From assembly GCF_006345805.1 (NCBI RefSeq), contig NW_021826007.1, positions 1 to 13,847 on the forward strand: a stretch of 13,847 nucleotides of DNA, read 5' to 3'. A program made the position numbers and the translations under genes. Under the pieces are notes generated by a model. That model worked only from the letters and a program-made list of their open reading frames with translations. It was not told where the DNA came from and ran no database searches. How positions within the stretch are numbered: the first letter of the stretch is position 1; every line of letters begins with the position of its first letter. The DNA is from Octopus sinensis. Its lineage: Eukaryota. Positions 8,802 through 13,847 of this stretch are shown here, in pieces.

Positions 8802-9137
8802 TTTGTGCAACAACTAAAACATTCGGTTGTGCAAATTGTTTGCACAGGAAACCTGCCCCGTGTGGCGGTTTTTGCCGTTTTTGTGGATCTGTTTCAGCTT
8901 TTTTAGCGATTTCAGTTTTGGCGACTTCAAGCATTAAAATGGAAAAAAATGATGGTAAATTAATTTTAAAATCGTAGACTCATCGTAGACGCGCGCTAAT
9001 ACCCAGAAGGGCTCGATATGAATCACGACTATAAGATACCCGAATTTGGTTAAACTGCACCGCAAAATGTGGGAGTAGTTAGGATTCTAAATCGTAGGAG
9101 ACAGACACTCACACAACTTCACTTTTATATATAAAGA
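8802..9137 (-). mobile_element. Second Helitron-like 5' portion
   Basis: 8931-9138 repeats 8596-8802 with the same A|TCTTTATATATAAAAG end at 9137. An 8-bp hairpin TGTGCAAA-TTG-TTTGCACA lies at 8828-8846. Confidence 0.55.
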
Positions 9138-9150
9138 TATGTATATAAAG

Positions 9151-9303
9151 GACAGGCGTCTTTCAGTTTTCTTCTTTCGGATCTACTCAGAAAACTCGAG
9201 GTTATGGAAGACTGTCACCTAAGGTGCAATGTCATGGGTCTGACTGAACCCGGAATCATGTGGTTGGGAAGCAAACTGCTTAGAATATAGCCCACACCCG
9301 CGA
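9151..9303 (-). mobile_element. Old, diverged copy of the CORE-type SINE 5' module
   Basis: GACAGGCGTCTTTCAGTTT...GACTGAACCCGGAATCATGTGGTTGG aligns by eye with 9760-9921. Confidence 0.75.
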
Positions 9304-9323
9304 CTATATATACATGCATATAT

Positions 9324-9738
9324 ACTCTTTTACTCTTTTACTTGTTTCAGTCATTTTGACTGCGGCCATGCTGGAGCACCGCCTTTTAATCGAGCAACTC
9401 GACCCCGGGACTTATTCTTTTGTAAGCCCAGTACTTATTCTATCGGTGTCTTTTGCCGAACCGCTGAGTGACGGGGACATAAACACACCAGCATCGGTTG
9501 TCAAGCAATGCTAGGGGGGGCAAACACAGACACACAAAACACACACACGCATATATATATATACATATATATATATATGATGGGCTTCTTTCAGTTTCCG
9601 TCTACCAAATCCACTCACAAGGCTTTGGTCGGCCCGAGGCTATAGTAGAAGACACTTGCCCAAGGTGCCACGCAGTGGGACTGAACCCGGAACCATGTGG
9701 TTGGTTAGCAAGGTACTTACCACAGCCACTCCTGCGCC
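9324..9738 (-). mobile_element. Full-length CORE-type tRNA SINE (possibly the octopus OR type) with an internal (TA)/(CA) tract
   Basis: Head GGCGCAGGAGTGGCTGTGGTAAG...GGTTCAGTCCC, then GCACCTTGGGCAAGTG (resembles the CORE motif GACCTTGGGCAAGT), and a tail ending (AAAAGAGT)n. Confidence 0.8.
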
Positions 9739-9758
9739 TATATACATATACATATATA

Positions 9759-10102
9759 CGACAGGCTTCTTTCAGTTTCCGTCTACCAAATCCACTCACA
9801 AGTCATTGGTCAGCCTGAGGCTATAGCAGAAGACACTTGCCCAAGATGCCACGCAGTGGGACTGAACCCGCAACCATGTGGTTGGTTAGCAAGCTACTTA
9901 CCACACAGCCACTCCTGCGCCTATATATATTTATATACATATATACGACAGGCTTCTTTCAGTTTCCGTCTACCAAATCCACTCACAAGGCATTGGTCGG
10001 CCCGGGGCTATAGCAGAAGACACTTGCCCAAGATGCCACGCAGTGGGACTGAACCCGGAACCATGTGGTTGGTTAGCAAGCTACTTACCACACAGCCACT
10101 CC
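9759..10102 (-). repeat. Two extra tandem copies of the CORE-SINE 5' module
   Basis: 9759-9921 and 9946-10102 repeat 9579-9738, separated by 20-25 bp (TA)-rich tracts. Confidence 0.93.
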
Positions 10103-10204
10103 ATATATGTATGTGTGTTTGTATATTTGTACACACACACACACACATGTACACATACATACATACTTGTATCTATCTATCTGTCTGTCTGTCTGTATAT
10201 ATAC

Positions 10205-10249
<45 letters not shown>

Positions 10250-10723
10250 GTGTGGTGGTGTGTGTGTGTGTGTTTGCGCGCGTGCACACACACACACACA
10301 CAGACACACACACACACCACACACACACACAGATACACACACAGACACACAAACACACACACACAGAAACACACAGACACACACACACAGATACACACAC
10401 AGACACACACACACACACACAGAAACACACACACACACACACACACAAATACAGACACAGACACACACACACACACAGACACACAGACACACACACACAG
10501 ATACACACACAGACACACAGACACACACACACACACACAGATACACACAGAGACACACACACACAGAGACACACACACACACAGACACACACATACACAC
10601 ACACCAGACACACACACACACACAGATACACACACACACACACAGACACACACACAGCACACACACACACACACACAGATACACACACACACACACACAC
10701 ACACACACCAGATACACACACAG

Positions 10724-10757
<34 letters not shown>

Positions 10758-10802
10758 AGATACACACACAGATACACACACACACACACAGATACACACA
10801 CA

Positions 10803-10835
<33 letters not shown>
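10103..10835. repeat. Compound microsatellite: (CA)n, (TCTA/TCTG)n, (TG)n, then about 550 bp of interrupted (CA)n
   Basis: Seen directly; it accounts for the HT-rich and CV-rich ORFs. Confidence 0.98.
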
Positions 10836-10838
<3 letters not shown>

Positions 10839-10919
10839 TTACATATAAAAGATACTCCTAAAAGCTCCTAATGACGGTTTTGTTGTTTTTGGGTTTTATT
10901 TTATAGTTTTAGTGCAATT

Positions 10920-10987
10920 GTGGTGGTGGTGGTGGTAGTAGTAGCAGTAGTAGCAGTAGTAGTAGTAGCAGTAGTAGCAGTAGTAGC

Positions 10988-11022
<35 letters not shown>

Positions 11023-11062
11023 CAGCAGTAGTAGTAGTAGTAGTAGTAGTAGTAGCAGCAGC

Positions 11063-11094
<32 letters not shown>

Positions 11095-11116
11095 CAGCAG
11101 CAGGAGCAGCAGCAGC

Positions 11117-11163
<47 letters not shown>

Positions 11164-11180
11164 CAGCAGCAGCAGCAGCA
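10920..11180. repeat. (GTG)/(GTA)/(GCA)n trinucleotide tract
   Basis: Seen directly. Confidence 0.98.
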
Positions 11181-11432
11181 TCTGCGAAATTCTTTCCAAA
11201 AAGCATTTGAAGTCGTAATGTGACTACGATTGCCAGGCATACATTTCAAACAGACCTGACCTCACCTACTCCATATAAATAGACTGACCCAAATCACTTA
11301 GCCACGCCCACATCCTTTTGACGTCGCCTATTCCTTTTGCCCGGTGGGAGGGGAATTTCAATGATCATTACTTCCACCCTATCCTTTAGGCTCCGCCTTT
11401 TTTTTTAGAGATGATTTGCTCCTGTTTATGGA

Positions 11433-12870
11433 AGCACTCCGTCGGTTACGACGATGAGGGATCCGGTTGATCCGATCAACGGAACAGCCTGCTCGTGGAA
11501 TTAACGTGTAAGTGGCTGAGTACTCCACAGACACGTGTACCCTTAACGTAGTTCTCGGGGATATTCAGCGTGACACAGAGAGTGACAAGGCCGGCCCTTC
11601 GAAATACAGGTACAACAGAAACAGGAAGTAAGAGTGAGAGAAAGTTGTGGTGAAAGAGTACAGCAGGGATCACCACCACTCCCTGCCGGAGCACTCCGTC
11701 GGTTACGACGATGAGGGTTCCAGTTGATCCGAATCAACGGAACAGCCTGCTCGTGGAATTAACGTGTAAGTGGCTGAGTACTCCACAGACACGTGTACCC
11801 TTAACGTAGTTCTCGGGGATATTCAGCGTGACACAGAGAGTGACAAGGCCGGCCCCTTGAAATACAGGTACAACAGAAAGAGGAAGAAAGAGTGAGAGAA
11901 AGTTGTGGTGAAAGAGTACAGCAGGGATCACCACCACTCCCTGCCGGAGCACTCCGTCGGTTACGACGATGAGGGTTCCAGTTGATCCGAATCAACGGAA
12001 CAGCCTGCTCGTGAAATTAACGTGTAAGTGGCTGAGTACTCCACAGACACGTGTACCCTTAACGTAGTTCTCGGGGATATTCAGCGTGACACAGAGAGTG
12101 ACAAGGCCGGCCCCTTGAAATACAGGTACAACAGACACAGGAAGTACGAGTGAGAGAAAGTTGTGGTGAAAGAGTACAGCAGCGATCACTACCACCCCTT
12201 GCAGGAGCACTCTGTCGGTTACGACGATGAGGGTTCCAGTTGATCCGAATCAACGGAACAGCCTGCTCGTGGAATTAACGTGTAAGTGGCTGAGTACTCC
12301 ACAGACACGTGTACCCTTAACGTAGTTCTCGGGGATATTCAGCGTGACACAGAGAGTGACAAGGCCGGCCCTTTGAAATACAGGTACAACAGAAACAGGA
12401 AGTAAGAGTGAGAGAAAGTTGTGGTGAAAGAGTACAGCAGGGATCACCACCATCCCCTGCCGGAGCACTCCGTCGGTTACGACGATGAGGGATCCGGTTG
12501 ATCCGATCAACGGAACAGCCTGCTCGTGGAATTAACGTGTAAGTGGCTGAGTACTCCACAAACACGTGGACCCTTAACGTAGTTCTCGGGGATATTCAGC
12601 GTGACACAGAGAGTAACAAGGCCGGCCCTTCGAAATACAGGTACAACAGAAACAGGAAGTAAGAGTGAGAGAAAGTTGTGGTGAAAGAGTACAGCAGGGA
12701 TCACCACCATCCCCTGCCGGAGCACTCCGTCGGTTACGACGATGAGGGTTCCAGTTGATCCGATCAACGGAACAGCCTGCTCGTGGAATTAACGTGTAAG
12801 TGGCTGAGCACTCCACAGACACGTGTACCCTTAACGTAGTTCTCGGGGATATTCAGCGTGACACAGAGAG
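11433..12870 (-). repeat. Family 2 tandem array: five ~258-bp headless units plus a 150-bp partial unit
   Basis: AGCACTC(C/T)GTCGG starts at 11433, 11690, 11948, 12206, 12464 and 12721; reverse complement of 7830-8086. No tRNA head is present. Confidence 0.97.
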
Positions 12871-12959
12871 GAATCCTATTTTTTGGCTATAACTCTCTAA
12901 TAATGCTAAGATAATTATTTCCCTTACAAACCCGAGCAACGCCGGGCGATACTGCTAGT
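12871..12959 (+). mobile_element. Helitron 3' terminus
   Basis: GC hairpin CCCG-AGCAACGC-CGGG (12932-12947), an 8-nt spacer, then CTAG|T (12956-12960): the canonical Helitron 3' end. Confidence 0.75.
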
Positions 12960-13033
12960 ATATATATAAAATTACATACGGGTAGAAATTAATATTAATC
13001 AAATAAAACCAATTGACGTCTATATCTAGCATG

Positions 13034-13073
13034 CAGGGTGTCCACTTTTAGTGGTCAGTCCTCTAAATTTCGT

Positions 13074-13107
<34 letters not shown>

Positions 13108-13140
13108 AACACAGATATAAGAGGAATGACCACCACCCTC
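13034..13140. mobile_element. Possible degenerate MITE with imperfect inverted ends around a (TA)(CA) tract
   Basis: GTGGTCAGTCCTCT (13051-13064) and AGAGGAATGACCAC (13120-13133) are 13/14 reverse-complementary; outer CAGGGTG / CACCCTC-TA recalls Tc1/mariner ends. Confidence 0.4.
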
Positions 13141-13257
13141 TAATATGTATGTAATATTATTTTTTGTGAATCTTCAGAATTTTTTCAATAAGCTAGGCCA
13201 CTGGTTTAAATTGATATTAATTAAATTAATATTCAATTTTTTACCTTTATTATTTAA

Positions 13258-13576
<319 letters not shown>

Positions 13577-13732
13577 CTTTTTATTGTGGCCTCACAGGGC
13601 TAAACGCAGATTAAAAATGGACGAAATACAATGTAGAATTTTTTCTTTTCGAGGTGGGATGGGTGGGGCACACAAAAAAAAACAACGTTTGATCAATAGG
13701 GATCTGTGGGTTGTGTGGTGTATAAAAAAGCA

Positions 13733-13769
13733 ATATATATATATATATAATATATATATATATATATAA
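13733..13769. repeat. (TA)n microsatellite
   Basis: Seen directly. Confidence 0.95.
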
Positions 13770-13847
13770 GTTTCACAGTTTAGGTGTAGCCTTGGAAAGA
13801 AAAACCTACAAAAAAGACCAAGGTCACCTCAGACAATTCGAAAAAGA

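Noticed and set aside
9856-11249. HT-rich, CV-rich, poly-Tyr/Thr/Leu/Val ORFs, including the 330-aa one
   Set aside because: Microsatellite read-through with no domain content.
7789-12822. Recurrent 60-86 aa ORFs (PCCTLSPQLS..., HLHVNSTSRLFR)
   Set aside because: They recur only because the SINE unit recurs; indels move them between frames.
148-12870. Hammerhead or HDV-like ribozyme in the tandem units
   Set aside because: No CUGANGA...GAAA core was found by eye; the nearest (CGATGAG plus hairpin in family 2, CTGATCTG in array 3) lack the GAAA arm. An Infernal/RNAMotif search would be decisive.
13576-13847. Resemblance to the family 1 3' end (CACAGGGCTAAAC.CAGA) and a possible LINE end
   Set aside because: The match is too short to assign without a database search.

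Overview
Repeat-saturated eukaryotic DNA, most likely from an octopus or related coleoid cephalopod (inferred from the SINE types; not database-checked). The only host-gene piece found is a 134-bp minus-strand protein-kinase exon (2009-2142; DFG to activation loop; DCLK family) that the ORF track misses. The rest is best read as intron. It holds tandem arrays derived from four retroposon families: two oppositely oriented ~185-bp arrays of one tRNA-derived SINE (100-1993 +, 5891-7608 -) that bracket the exon, two oppositely oriented ~258-bp arrays of a second SINE (7707-8420 +, 11433-12870 -), a ten-unit (TA)n-spaced array with a four-unit higher-order period (2625-4678), and a CORE-type SINE with a triplicated 5' module (9324-10102). 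There are also scrambled RTE and CR1-group LINE fragments, Helitron-like termini and long microsatellites. The most unusual signals are (i) fixed head-to-tail junctions reused in separate arrays, one of which maps to the loop of the tRNA-derived head, and (ii) long complementary arms around a catalytic exon. Nearly all ORFs in the supplied track are repeat artefacts.
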